A DNA stretch of 64,000 nucleotides from contig MWCY01000011.1 of assembly GCA_002070275.1 (NCBI GenBank), positions 19,847-83,846 on the forward strand, read 5' to 3'. Shown here in pieces: positions 20,154-30,012 of the stretch. The notes below the pieces were generated by a model. That model did not search any database. It worked only from the letters and a program-made list of their open reading frames with translations, and had not been told where the DNA came from. Source of the stretch: Candidatus Hydrogenedentes bacterium ADurb.Bin170 (lineage in GTDB: Bacteria; Hydrogenedentota; Hydrogenedentia; Hydrogenedentales; CAITNO01). A program made the position numbers and the translations under genes. Position 1 is the first letter of the stretch, and every line of letters begins with the position of its first letter.

Positions 20154-21296
20154 TCATGCGGATCCCTGCAGCATTTCTGAAAATGCACTCACCCGGGTGC
20201 GCAGCTGCTCTGACGGTTCCTGATTTTGTTCCACGGAAAGCGTAATCGCGGGAATCCCCGCCTCTTCCAGGGCTTTCATCATGGGCACATAATCAAAAGC
20301 CATAGGGTCGCAGAACTGTGTCAGCAGAAAGATCACACCATCCGCACCTGCTGCACGCACCCGCGCCAACAGCGCATGCCCCGGATGCCAGCCCGTTCGG
20401 TGAAAAGCAGGGCAGGGATCACGGTGCAGGCTGCGCCGGGTAAGCACCTCCAGCGTACTGCCGTCTTCCGCATCGGCACTGTAAAAAGCGCGATGACTCA
20501 CACACAGATCATCGCCGACAATGTGGCAGCCTGCCTCTTCAATAAGATCGATGAAGGCGGGCGGACTGCACATGCTGCCCGCAACAAACACCTTCGGAAG
20601 GGCGGCGCTATCGTCTGAAGCCGCCTCCTCTGCGGATTCCACGGCGGAAAGAAGGGCGTGAAGCGCTGCCAGATGCGCTTCCCTGTCCATCAGCTGCGCC
20701 GCAAGAGCAATCTGCATAACCCGGGCTCCGGTGAGTACCTTCGGGTAACGTGCGCGGAGTGCGTACAGCTGCTCCATGGCATTGCGCTGCTGCTGAAAAA
20801 GTGCGAGCGCTTCTTCAATACGCGCCTCCGCAATGGGACCTGTTTTTTCTTCGAGCAGACGCCGCACACGGGCAAGCTCAGCACCGTAGTACTTTTCTGC
20901 GAGAGCCCCGTCCGTCTGCGTCGGCACCGACACAATCAGCACCTCCGCATCGCCCCGATGTGCGCGCCACAGATCTGCCACGTTCTGCATGGTATCGCAG
21001 GTGTGGGAAAACAGGACAATATCGAGAAAGGGCCATTCTTTTTTCAGAGCACGGTCAAGCACACTGCGGGCATAACTGCATGAGAAGGTCTGCAACAGCT
21101 CATCCGCGTGGTGTGTGTCGCCTATACGGCTGAAAACACGGACAGGCAGATACCCCGCCGCATGAAGCAGTTCGAGCGGTGCATAAGAGCAGAGATACCC
21201 TGCCACCGGCTTTCCTGAAGCGGCTGCTTCCATGGCTTTGGCATAGGGTTCTTTTTCTGCAAAAGAAAAAGGAGCCATCAGAGACTGGATATCCAT
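20154..21296 (-). CDS. 2-hydroxyacyl-CoA dehydratase D-component family protein (HgdB/YjiM/double-cubane-cluster-protein-like)
   Basis: GYLCSYAPLELLHAAGYLPVRV is typical of PF06050. Multiple conserved Cys. A 1-nt gap separates it from the activase start. Confidence 0.75.
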   Translation of the reverse strand: MDIQSLMAPFSFAEKEPYAKAMEAAASGKPVAGYLCSYAPLELLHAAGYLPVRVFSRIGDTHHADELLQTFSCSYARSVLDRALKKEWPFLDIVLFSHTCDTMQNVADLWRAHRGDAEVLIVSVPTQTDGALAEKYYGAELARVRRLLEEKTGPIAEARIEEALALFQQQRNAMEQLYALRARYPKVLTGARVMQIALAAQLMDREAHLAALHALLSAVESAEEAASDDSAALPKVFVAGSMCSPPAFIDLIEEAGCHIVGDDLCVSHRAFYSADAEDGSTLEVLTRRSLHRDPCPAFHRTGWHPGHALLARVRAAGADGVIFLLTQFCDPMAFDYVPMMKALEEAGIPAITLSVEQNQEPSEQLRTRVSAFSEMLQGSA

Positions 21297-21404
21297 AGAC
21301 CTGATCCCTTTCAGCGGTTTTTCCGCAGCGTGTTCCGCCTGCCTCTTTATTTTCCGGAACAGGGCGGGATATTGCAAATCGGAGGGCTTCGGAAGCGGGA
21401 AGGC

Positions 21405-22055
21405 TCAGCTCAAAAAGTGGGCAAGCAGCACTTTCATGCCGAGCGCAGCAAGCAGAAAGCCGCCGAATATCTGCACCTTCTGTCCGAAATGAAGTCCCAG
21501 CCGGCTGCCCAGCTTCATTCCTGTAAAAGTGAGGGATGCCGTAATGCAGCCGATGACAAACACGACGAAAAAGATATTCACCTGCATGACCGCCAGAGTC
21601 AGCCCCACCGCCAGAGCATCCAGACTGGTCGCTATGGACAGCCCGATCAGGCGGAGCCCCCGGGTCGGGTCGGTGGAGCAGGAAGCCAGGGGATCGGTAC
21701 CGTTTCTGTAATTGCTCCATGCCTCCCAGCTCATTTTTCCGCCCACGGCAAGCAGAATCAGAAAGATCACCCAGTGATCCCAGGGATGAATCCATTTTTC
21801 AACGGTCTGCCCGGCAAGCCATCCGATGAGAGGCATGAGCGCCTGAAACAAACCGAAATGAAAGGACAGTCTGAAAAACTGCCGCCTGTTTACCGTCACC
21901 AGAAGTGTACTGGCAACCATGGCAACAGCGAAGGCATCAATGGACAACCCCAGTCCGAGTATTCCGATTTCGAGCAATCCCAATTTAGAATAATCCCATA
22001 CCGGTGCTTCCAGGAAAAAACAGTCCTCGCCTGCTGTAAATTGAAAGTATACCAC
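21405..22055 (-). CDS. mntP: manganese efflux pump MntP (DUF204); start uncertain
   Basis: GLSIDAFAVAMVAS...LIGWLAGQ...ATSLDALAVGL, with the two conserved halves. Confidence 0.75.
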   Translation of the reverse strand: MVYFQFTAGEDCFFLEAPVWDYSKLGLLEIGILGLGLSIDAFAVAMVASTLLVTVNRRQFFRLSFHFGLFQALMPLIGWLAGQTVEKWIHPWDHWVIFLILLAVGGKMSWEAWSNYRNGTDPLASCSTDPTRGLRLIGLSIATSLDALAVGLTLAVMQVNIFFVVFVIGCITASLTFTGMKLGSRLGLHFGQKVQIFGGFLLAALGMKVLLAHFLS

Positions 22056-22130
22056 ACTTTTTGTTAAAATAGCATATTAACCCGTATGTCGCGGGGAGTT
22101 CCACCCACCTTTTAGGAGTCTTGTAGTTTC

Positions 22131-24062
22131 ATGAAAAATCTGGTGTCCCAACTGGCCCGGGGCGGCGCAGACCTTATGCCTGCCGACCTGGAGGCCGATC
22201 TGAACGAGCAAATCAGTCAGGAAAGCATGTCGCAGCTGATGGAGGAAGCGCCTCAGAATTTCAAAGAAGGCGAAGTCGTCCGCGGCCGCATTGTCGGCAT
22301 CAACGATAACCGCGTTTCCGTGGATATCGGCTACAAAAGCGAAGGCGTAGTTGACCTGGGAGAATTTGCAGAAGGCGAAAGCACCGCCATCGGTACCGCA
22401 TACGATTTTTATATCGAAACTCCGGAAAATGATCACGGCGCCCCCAATCTCTCCAAGATTAAAGCGGACCGGATCAAAAACTGGGAGCATGTGCAGGCCG
22501 TATACGACAACGACGGTATTATTGAAGGCGTCATCACCCGCCGTGTCAAGGGCGGTCTCAAAGTGGATGTCGGTGTGGATGCCTTCATGCCCGCCAGCCA
22601 GCTGACCTTCCGGCCCACGGGCGATCTTGATCGCTACATCGGCGAAAAGATGGAAGTCAAGATTGTGAAGCTGACCCGCCGTCGCCGCAATGTGGTTGTC
22701 AGCCGCAGAAGACTGCTCGAAGAGCAGCGTGAAATTGAAAAACAGCACCTTCTTAAACGCATCGAAGTCAACGGGCTTATCGAAGGTGAAGTTAAAAATA
22801 TTACCGACTTCGGCGCCTTTGTGGACGTCGGGGGCATCGATGGTCTGCTGCATGTGACCGACATGAGCTGGGGCAGAGTCAAGCATCCCACGCAGATGGT
22901 GCAGGTCGGTGATAAGATTCAGGTTATTGTGCTGAGCTTTGACCCCGTGAGCGAGCGGATCAGCCTCGGACTCAAACAGCGCACGGAAAATCCGTGGAAA
23001 ACGGTTCTCGACCGGTACCCTGTGGGCGCCATCATGCGCGGACGCGTTGTCAGCATGACCGAATACGGCGCCTTTGTCCAGCTGGAAGAAGGCGTGGAAG
23101 GCATGGTTCATGTCAGCGAAATGAGCTGGACACGCCGTGTCCGTTATCCAAACGAAGTGCTTAGCATCGGCGACGAAGTGGACGTGATGGTGCTGAGCGT
23201 TGACGCTGAAGAAGAAAAGATTGCTCTGGGCATCAAACAGACCCAGCCCAATCCCTGGAAACAGCTGAGCGACCGGTATCCCATCGGCTCCGCCATCAAG
23301 GGTGTTGTGCGCAACCTGACCGAATACGGTGCCTTTGTCCAGATTGAAGACGGTATCGACGCCCTGCTGCATGTGAGCGATCTGTCCTGGACCAAGAAAA
23401 TCACCAACCCCGGTGAAGTGCTTCAAAAGGGTCAGGAAGTTGAAGTGCAGGTGCTGAGCATTGATCCCGAAGCGGAAAAAATCAGCGTCGGTCTCAAGCA
23501 GCTCCAGTCCGATCCCTGGTTGTCTGTCGTGGAAAAACTGCCCATCGGCGCTCATGTCGAAGTGGAAATTGTCAAACTGGTTGCTTTCGGTGCCTTCGGG
23601 CGTCTGGACAACAGCGTTGAAGGACTGATCCATGTGAGCGAGCTTTCTCAGGAACGTGTGAATAAGCCCGAAGATGTTCTGAAAGTCGGCGACACGGTCT
23701 GGGCAAAAGTCATCAGCATCAACGCAGCGGAACGCCGTATCGGTCTGAGCATGCGCGAATATCAGCGCGATCAGGAACGGCTCGAAGCAGGCGAAGAAAT
23801 CCCTGCAGGAGAGTCCGTGGACGTCAGTGCGGCGCTGGGCGGCAGTCTGCCGCAAGGCATGTATCAGGCAGGCAGAAGTCTCGCCGATGTGGCGCACGAT
23901 CTGTACGCAGCGGTGAGCCGCAGCCAGAATGCTGCCGCACAGGAACAGGCGGAAGCACAGGCGGCATCCGCAGAAGACGCACCGGCAGAGGAGCCCCCCC
24001 TGTCAGGTGTACCGGAGGCGACCGTTGAAGAGGCGGCGCCGGAACCGGAACAAGAAGGCTAA
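22131..24062 (+). CDS. rpsA: 30S ribosomal protein S1
   Basis: Six S1 repeats ([29 protein letters not shown] type). 643 aa with a C-terminal acidic/Ala-rich tail. Confidence 0.95.
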   Translation: [643 protein letters not shown]

Positions 24063-24090
24063 TCTTATTCACTTAAGCTGAATTGAACCG

Positions 24091-24127
24091 CGAGCGTCAA
24101 ATCTTATTTGGCGCTCGCCTTTTTATA
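24091..24127 (+). terminator. rho-independent terminator after rpsA
   Basis: gcgagcg-N15-cgctcgc followed by CTTTTTAT. Confidence 0.7.
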
Positions 24128-24242
24128 CACAAGCACACAGGCTCCTCCGGTTCTGATGAGGAAGAAAACAGGAAGAGCCGTTGTTACCCAAGCAACCCAC
24201 CCACCCCCCGCGTCCGGACGACGCTTCGCAGGAGATAATAAA

Positions 24243-26063
24243 ATGGTTGGACTGAAAGCTAAAAAGTCAATCGCACACGGCCAGATCATGAGCGGTGCGG
24301 AAATGACGCTGCAGGTGCTTGCCGAAGAAGGTGTGGACACCATCTTCGGTTACAGCGGCGGCGCCATTCTCCCCACTTATGATGCCGTCTTTCAATACAA
24401 TAAAAATAACCCGGAAAAGCAGATAAACCTGATTGTGCCTGCCAATGAGCAGGGCGCCGGATTCATGGCGGCAGGGTATGCCCGCGCCAGCGGCAATGTG
24501 GGCGTGGCACTGGTTACCTCCGGGCCCGGCGCCACGAATACTGTGACGCCTGTCCGGGACTGCATGGCAGATTCCGTGCCCATCATTGTTATTTGCGGGC
24601 AGGTGGCACGCAACGCCATCGGAACGGATGCCTTTCAGGAAGCGCCGGTGTACAGCATCATGAGCGCCTGTGCCAAGCATGTTTTTCTGGTTAAAGATCC
24701 CAAGCAGCTTGCAGCCACCGTGCGTACGGCTTTTCAGATTGCACGGAGCGGCAGGCCCGGTCCGGTGGTCATCGATCTGCCCAAAGACGTGCAGAACTGG
24801 CAGGGCGCCTATGACAGCGAGTCGGTGCTTCAGCTGCACGGCTATCAGGAACGCACCAATTCCGTTTCGGCACGGCGCATGCCCGAGAAGAAAATGGAGA
24901 GCTTTTTCAAAATGCTGAAGCAGGCGAAAAAGCCGCTGCTGTATGTGGGCGGCGGTGCCGTCATTTCCGGCGCTTCAGCAGTACTGCAGTGCTTTATGAA
25001 GCAGTACCAGATTCCGGCGGTGACAACGCTCATGGGTATAGGCGCTCTGGATACGACCGATGCGCTGTGCCTCCACATGCTCGGCATGCACGGTGCCGCT
25101 TATGCCAATTACGCCGTGGACGATTGCGATCTGCTCATTGCATTGGGCGCACGCTTTGATGACCGCGTTGCCGGCATCCCGCATAAATTCGCTGCCAATG
25201 CCCGTATCGCCCAGATCGATATTGATGCTGCCGAGATCGGTAAAGTGAAAGCTGTGGACTGGTCTTTTGCCGGCGATATCAAAACGGCACTGTCCGATCT
25301 GCTGGAATACGGGAAAGAATTTTCCCTGGATCACAGCGAATGGGTCGCCGCCGTTCAGAAGATGAAAGAAACACATGCTTTCAACTTTAATCGGGAAAGC
25401 GATATCGTGCAGCCGCAGGAAGTGCTGCAGGAACTCAATAAGATTACCGAAGGCAACGCCATTATCGCCACCGGCGTGGGCCAGCATCAGATGTTCGCCG
25501 CCCAGTACTTCGACTTCAAGAAGCCGAGAACGCTGCTTACATCGGGCAGCATGGGTACCATGGGCTTCGGTCTGCCCGCCGCCATCGGAGCACAGGCTGC
25601 CTTTCCCGATGCGCTGGTGATCGACGTGGACGGAGATGGCAGCATCCGGATGAATATCGGCGAAATGGAAACCTGCACCACCTACAATCTGCCCGTGAAG
25701 ATTCTGCTGCTGAACAATCACGGCGACGGAATGGTGGTTCAATGGCAGTCCCTTTACTTTGACAACCGCTTCTCGGGCACCGACAAAACGCTGCACAGCA
25801 AAGATTTTGTGAAAGCGGCGGAGGCGGACGGCTTCGGATTTGCCCGCCGTGTGACAAAGCGCAGCGAACTGGAAGAAGCACTGAAAGCCTTTGTCTCTTT
25901 CGACGGCCCTGCTTTTCTCGAAGTGTTCGTCGATAAAAATTCTTTCGTCTTCCCCATGGTCGGCCCCGGAATGGCGTACAAAGATATGATGACCGGCCCC
26001 TACATCAAGAGCCGCAGTGCCGGACCTACAGACGGCACGCTGGACACTTCCGACAGCTTTTAA
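24243..26063 (+). CDS. ilvB: acetolactate synthase large (catalytic) subunit, ThDP-dependent
   Basis: GYSGGAILP, ThDP motif GVGQHQM...DGDGS...NN. GGAG RBS before the ATG at 24243. Confidence 0.9.
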   Translation: MVGLKAKKSIAHGQIMSGAEMTLQVLAEEGVDTIFGYSGGAILPTYDAVFQYNKNNPEKQINLIVPANEQGAGFMAAGYARASGNVGVALVTSGPGATNTVTPVRDCMADSVPIIVICGQVARNAIGTDAFQEAPVYSIMSACAKHVFLVKDPKQLAATVRTAFQIARSGRPGPVVIDLPKDVQNWQGAYDSESVLQLHGYQERTNSVSARRMPEKKMESFFKMLKQAKKPLLYVGGGAVISGASAVLQCFMKQYQIPAVTTLMGIGALDTTDALCLHMLGMHGAAYANYAVDDCDLLIALGARFDDRVAGIPHKFAANARIAQIDIDAAEIGKVKAVDWSFAGDIKTALSDLLEYGKEFSLDHSEWVAAVQKMKETHAFNFNRESDIVQPQEVLQELNKITEGNAIIATGVGQHQMFAAQYFDFKKPRTLLTSGSMGTMGFGLPAAIGAQAAFPDALVIDVDGDGSIRMNIGEMETCTTYNLPVKILLLNNHGDGMVVQWQSLYFDNRFSGTDKTLHSKDFVKAAEADGFGFARRVTKRSELEEALKAFVSFDGPAFLEVFVDKNSFVFPMVGPGMAYKDMMTGPYIKSRSAGPTDGTLDTSDSF

Positions 26064-26086
26064 ATAACATGTCCTGTCTGTTTCAA

Positions 26087-26116
26087 GCCTCCGGTTTTCG
26101 CCGGAGGCTTTTTTTA
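26087..26116 (+). terminator. rho-independent terminator after ilvB
   Basis: gcctccgg-tttt-cgccggaggc plus TTTTTTT. Confidence 0.75.
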
Positions 26117-26223
26117 AGTCTGATGAGATCTCCGCTCTGTATTTCAGAGACACCACTTATTTATACTACTGATGCAGCCGCACACTTTTTCATAAACTGA
26201 AGACGAAGCGTAAAAGAACTGTT

Positions 26224-27069
26224 ATGGGTTTTATCAGCACCAGACTGGCACGGCTCCACGACAAAAAACAACGCCGCCATCCGGATTCAGGCATTCTGTC
26301 AGGGGCGGAGCCGCGTCACCTCGGTGCGCAGGATGCAGAGCGGGCGGTGCTGTTCATCCACGGCTTTATAGCCACGCCCAACAGTTTTGCCGACCTTCCG
26401 GACTATGTGGCGGCACGGGGCTGGCATGTCCGCGCCATGCTGCTGCCCGGGCATGGCACTTCCCCCTTCGACTTTCAGAAGGTCACCGGGCAGGAACTGG
26501 AAGATGCCGTGCTGCAGGAAGTGGAGCAATTGAAGCGGCGATATGCAACGGTTGTGTTTGTCGGCCATTCCATGGGGGGCGCTCTCGCAACCATTGCGGC
26601 GGCACAAAGCAGCCCGAAAGGACTGATTCTTGTTGCACCTTATTATTCAGTCACCCATCGGTGGTATTACATGATGCGGCCGGAGACCTGGGCACGCCTG
26701 GCTTCATCCGTCACGCCCTTTATCTGTGCGCCGGGCACGCGGCAGCCGATCCGGCAAACAACTGACAAAGGCAAGATCATTCTGTACAAATGGATCCCCC
26801 TGAAAAGCGTGCCCGTTGCCATGGCTCTGGCCGAAAAAGCACGGCATGAAGATACCTTGCGCAAAATAAACATGCCGACGCTGCTGATCCATTCAGTAAA
26901 TGACACTGTCACCGATCCGGCAGCATCGAAAAAGGTGTACGACGTCATCCCGTCCCCGGACAAAACCGCAGAATGGCTTACCCGCTCCAATCACGTCGTT
27001 TTCTGGGATTACGACCGGGATCAGGTGAAAGAATCGGTCAGCCGTTTTCTGTCCAGATGGGAATCATGA
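26224..27069 (+). CDS. alpha/beta hydrolase (lysophospholipase/S33-like), paralog 1
   Basis: GHSMGG nucleophile elbow. LFIHGF oxyanion region. An Asp/His pair later. Confidence 0.8.
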   Translation: MGFISTRLARLHDKKQRRHPDSGILSGAEPRHLGAQDAERAVLFIHGFIATPNSFADLPDYVAARGWHVRAMLLPGHGTSPFDFQKVTGQELEDAVLQEVEQLKRRYATVVFVGHSMGGALATIAAAQSSPKGLILVAPYYSVTHRWYYMMRPETWARLASSVTPFICAPGTRQPIRQTTDKGKIILYKWIPLKSVPVAMALAEKARHEDTLRKINMPTLLIHSVNDTVTDPAASKKVYDVIPSPDKTAEWLTRSNHVVFWDYDRDQVKESVSRFLSRWES

Positions 27070-27083
27070 AACAGGAGGTAAAA

Positions 27084-27992
27084 ATGGCCTTATTTCGCAT
27101 CGCCGTTATCCTTTTTATCCCCTTTCTTCTGATCGGCGCTCTTCTGTTCTGGAATAATTACGCTCCGAAAGAAGCGGAACGCTATGACCGCACCCTGCCC
27201 AGGAATCCCGACACCGGCATTCTTTCCGGCGCCGAAGCGCGCACCTGCGGCCCTGATGACACCCGGAAAGCCATTCTTTTTGTGCATGGCTTTATCGCAA
27301 CACCCGACTGCTTTTCCGATCTTCCGGAGTATGTGGCAGAACGGGGCTGGCATGTCCGCGCCATGCTCCTGCCCGGCCACGGCACCTCTCCCTTCGATTT
27401 TCAGAAGACAAGCCCCGCAGCGCTGGAGGAAGCGGTGCTGAAAGAACTCGATGCGCTGCAGCAGCGCTACGATACCGTCGTCATCCTCGGGCATTCCATG
27501 GGCGCCGCCCTTGCAACCATTGCCGCTGCACAGAAGCAGCCGGACGGGCTGATCCTGACAGCGCCCTACTATGCTGTTACGAAACAATGGTATTATATAT
27601 TGCGTCCGGAGACCTGGGCAGGACTTGTCTCTCCGATACTGCACTGGGTATACAGACCGCAAAACATGCAGCCTGTAAACCGTGCAGAGGCACGGGGCGA
27701 AATCCTTTCCTATAACTGGATCCCTTCGAAAGGAGCGCTCACTGCCATGGCAGTAGCGGGCAAAGCACGGGACGACACGATTTTGCAGAAGATCGCCATG
27801 CCGACCCTTCTGATTCATTCAAAAAATGACACCGTCGCGGATCCGGCCTATGCCGAAGCCGTATATAACCGTATTCCATCGAAAGATAAAACGCTCCACT
27901 GGCTGCTCCTTTCCGATCATATCCTGTTTTATGATTACGACAGGGAAACAGTCAAAATACAGATTGCCGCCTTTTTAAAAAAATGGGATTGA
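27084..27992 (+). CDS. alpha/beta hydrolase, paralog 2 with N-terminal TM anchor
   Basis: GHSMGA. It shares the block HGFIATP..DLP.YVA.RGWHVRAMLLPGHGTSPFDFQK with paralog 1. GGAGG RBS. Confidence 0.8.
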   Translation: MALFRIAVILFIPFLLIGALLFWNNYAPKEAERYDRTLPRNPDTGILSGAEARTCGPDDTRKAILFVHGFIATPDCFSDLPEYVAERGWHVRAMLLPGHGTSPFDFQKTSPAALEEAVLKELDALQQRYDTVVILGHSMGAALATIAAAQKQPDGLILTAPYYAVTKQWYYILRPETWAGLVSPILHWVYRPQNMQPVNRAEARGEILSYNWIPSKGALTAMAVAGKARDDTILQKIAMPTLLIHSKNDTVADPAYAEAVYNRIPSKDKTLHWLLLSDHILFYDYDRETVKIQIAAFLKKWD

Positions 27993-28010
27993 CTGTCCCG
28001 GGAACTTTTC

Positions 28011-28673
28011 ATGAAACCCATCTTCTGTTTCTCCATGCTCCTTTGCTCTCTTTTCTTTTTCGGTACCGCACTGGCAGACGAAGCGCCGGACAATGATCTT
28101 GACCGGATGCTGCACGGTGTCCGATTGAATATGTCTTTTGAAGAATGCCTCAAGCGCCTGCCCGATGCCGTCTACAGCGACGCCGCCTCGCGCAATACCA
28201 CTCCCGGCCCCCAGAAACCGGATGCACTGCTGATCGCATATGGCGCCGACCCTTTTCTGGGCGTGCATGCCTTCGCCAATATCGGATTTCAGGATGCCAG
28301 AATCTATGAACTGGTGGCGGTATGGTCCGATGATGCAAAAGACATTGAAGCCCGATGCCGCCGCTTCTTCAAGGCACTCGATGAACGGCACGGTACCGCA
28401 TACGAGAAAAAAAGCCTCTTTGTTTTCCCCGGTTCCGACCAGCAGCAGGCCGTTGCAGTCCGGGTCTGGCAGGAAGCAGACACCGTCACCCTGGCATTTT
28501 ATACACCCCCTGGTGAAAACGCCCCTTCGCAAAAAGCATCGCTCAGTTTTGCCCAGTTCAAAACCGGCGCTTCTTTTCTGGATGATGTTTTTGTGAACAA
28601 TCCCGTGCCCGAAGAACAGGCGACAGAAGCCTGGGAAAAAATGGAAAAGCCGAACGCAACGCCTCTCCCCTGA
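28011..28673 (+). CDS. secreted hypothetical protein
   Basis: Signal peptide MKPIFCFSMLLCSLFFFGTALA. Confidence 0.55.
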   Translation: MKPIFCFSMLLCSLFFFGTALADEAPDNDLDRMLHGVRLNMSFEECLKRLPDAVYSDAASRNTTPGPQKPDALLIAYGADPFLGVHAFANIGFQDARIYELVAVWSDDAKDIEARCRRFFKALDERHGTAYEKKSLFVFPGSDQQQAVAVRVWQEADTVTLAFYTPPGENAPSQKASLSFAQFKTGASFLDDVFVNNPVPEEQATEAWEKMEKPNATPLP

Positions 28674-28749
28674 AACGCTTTTATATGGTACCATTTATCC
28701 GGCAACGCATCAGTCCGCCGAAAAAAACAGGTAGTGAAAACAAAGCACC

Positions 28750-29190
28750 ATGAATTCAGAATCCGCAAAACAACGATTTCAGGAAGCCAACAGGCTGTTT
28801 AAAAACAGGCAGTATGAAAAAGCGCTGGAACTGCTTCAGCAGCTGAACAGAGAATTTCCCAATACGGAAAACATCATGTATGCAGCCGCTTTATCGCTGG
28901 AAAAACTGGGCAGCATCGATGAAGCCAAATATCTCTGCCACAGCATGATCAGGAACTTCGAATCAGTCAGAGCGCAGGAACTGCTCAATCATCTGGAAGT
29001 GGCACCACGGGTTGCCGCTCCTCAGGGCGATATCCCGGATGCAGCCGTGGAAGTCCTGCCGAAGCATGCGCGGCTTGAAGATATCGGCAACCCGTCTGTC
29101 AAACGGCGCAACAGGATGCTTGTCGTTGCCGTTGTTGTACTGGCAGCCCTCGTACTGGCGCTGCCTTTTCTGCTGAAGATGCTCAGATAA
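28750..29190 (+). CDS. TPR-like small protein with C-terminal TM anchor
   Basis: A YEKALELLQQL TPR-like helix pair. C-terminal MLVVAVVVLAALVLALPFLL. Confidence 0.5.
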   Translation: MNSESAKQRFQEANRLFKNRQYEKALELLQQLNREFPNTENIMYAAALSLEKLGSIDEAKYLCHSMIRNFESVRAQELLNHLEVAPRVAAPQGDIPDAAVEVLPKHARLEDIGNPSVKRRNRMLVVAVVVLAALVLALPFLLKMLR

Positions 29191-29213
29191 CAGGGCCGTA
29201 AAAGCAGTACGCT

Positions 29214-29555
29214 TTAATGATCGCAGACATTCTCTCCTGATTCCAGAGTGCCCTCCAGGTAGCGCTGCACCAGGGCTTCCACCGGATCGGCCGGTGCGCC
29301 GATAACCACTTCGATATTGTTCTCGGCAAAAAGCGCCTGGGCACGTGCCCCCATGCCGCCGGCAATAATCACCTGGGCATTGCGCTCAGCAAGCCAGCGC
29401 GGCAGCAGCCCGGGCTGATGCTCCGGCGCATCGACCACATCCACTTTCAGAATGCTTTTCTGCTCCGGATCCGTATCCACGAGCGCAAACTGGGCACAGT
29501 GCCCGAAATGAAGGGCAAGATGCCCCTGAACTACCGGTATAGCAACACGCATCAT
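29214..29555 (-). CDS. NifX/NafY/NifB-C-terminal family (dinitrogenase FeMo-cofactor-binding-like, PF02579) protein
   Basis: MRVAIPV...HFGHCAQFALVD...VIIAGGMGARAQALFAENNIEVV is the canonical PF02579 pattern. Confidence 0.85.
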   Translation of the reverse strand: MMRVAIPVVQGHLALHFGHCAQFALVDTDPEQKSILKVDVVDAPEHQPGLLPRWLAERNAQVIIAGGMGARAQALFAENNIEVVIGAPADPVEALVQRYLEGTLESGENVCDH

Positions 29556-29613
29556 TTTCTCTCCTGTTGTTTTTCAGAGTCGGGCGACACATCCGGTGCA
29601 ACCTCGACCTTCC

Positions 29614-30012
29614 TTATGCTTCTGTTTTCATCTGCTTTACTGATGCCGATGCCTGATAATTTTCCAGCGCAGCACGCAGTGTATTCGATGCCAGCAGTGC
29701 ACAGTGCCGGTGCGCTTCCGGCATACCGCCCAGCGCATTCAGAATATCCTGCTGTGAGATTTCTTTTGCTTCCGCAACGGGCCTGCCTTCTGCAAGTTCT
29801 GTCGCCATGCTTCCGCAGGCGCGGGAAGGACCGCAGCCTGTCGTGGTAAACGAAGCGGCACTCACAATACCTTCATCGACCTGCACCCAGAACTCCATCG
29901 TGTCTCCGCAGGGACCGGTTATTCTGGCGTAGCCGTCCGGCTCCTGCAGTTCATCATAATTTCTTGGATTTCTGAAACGTTCCAATGCCTTGGCGCTGTA
30001 GTTTTCTTCCAT
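29614..30012 (-). CDS. IscU/NifU N-terminal-domain-like Fe-S cluster scaffold
   Basis: NPRNYDEL...ITGPCGDTMEF...TTGCGPSRACGSMATE...HCALLASN, with the three scaffold Cys and the His. Confidence 0.85.
   Translation of the reverse strand: MEENYSAKALERFRNPRNYDELQEPDGYARITGPCGDTMEFWVQVDEGIVSAASFTTTGCGPSRACGSMATELAEGRPVAEAKEISQQDILNALGGMPEAHRHCALLASNTLRAALENYQASASVKQMKTEA

Noticed and set aside
22056-22130. Expected yybP-ykoY (Mn) riboswitch upstream of mntP
   Set aside because: Only ~75 nt separate mntP from the divergent rpsA start. I could not find the conserved GGGGAGUAG…CAUAC…UUGUCGCA elements in the proper orientation. A GGGGAG is present, but on the wrong strand and in the wrong order.
22077-23897. 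606-aa ORF on the minus strand antisense to rpsA
   Set aside because: It is entirely embedded opposite a highly conserved ribosomal protein gene, and its translation is low-complexity with no domain signature. This is a typical GC-rich shadow ORF.
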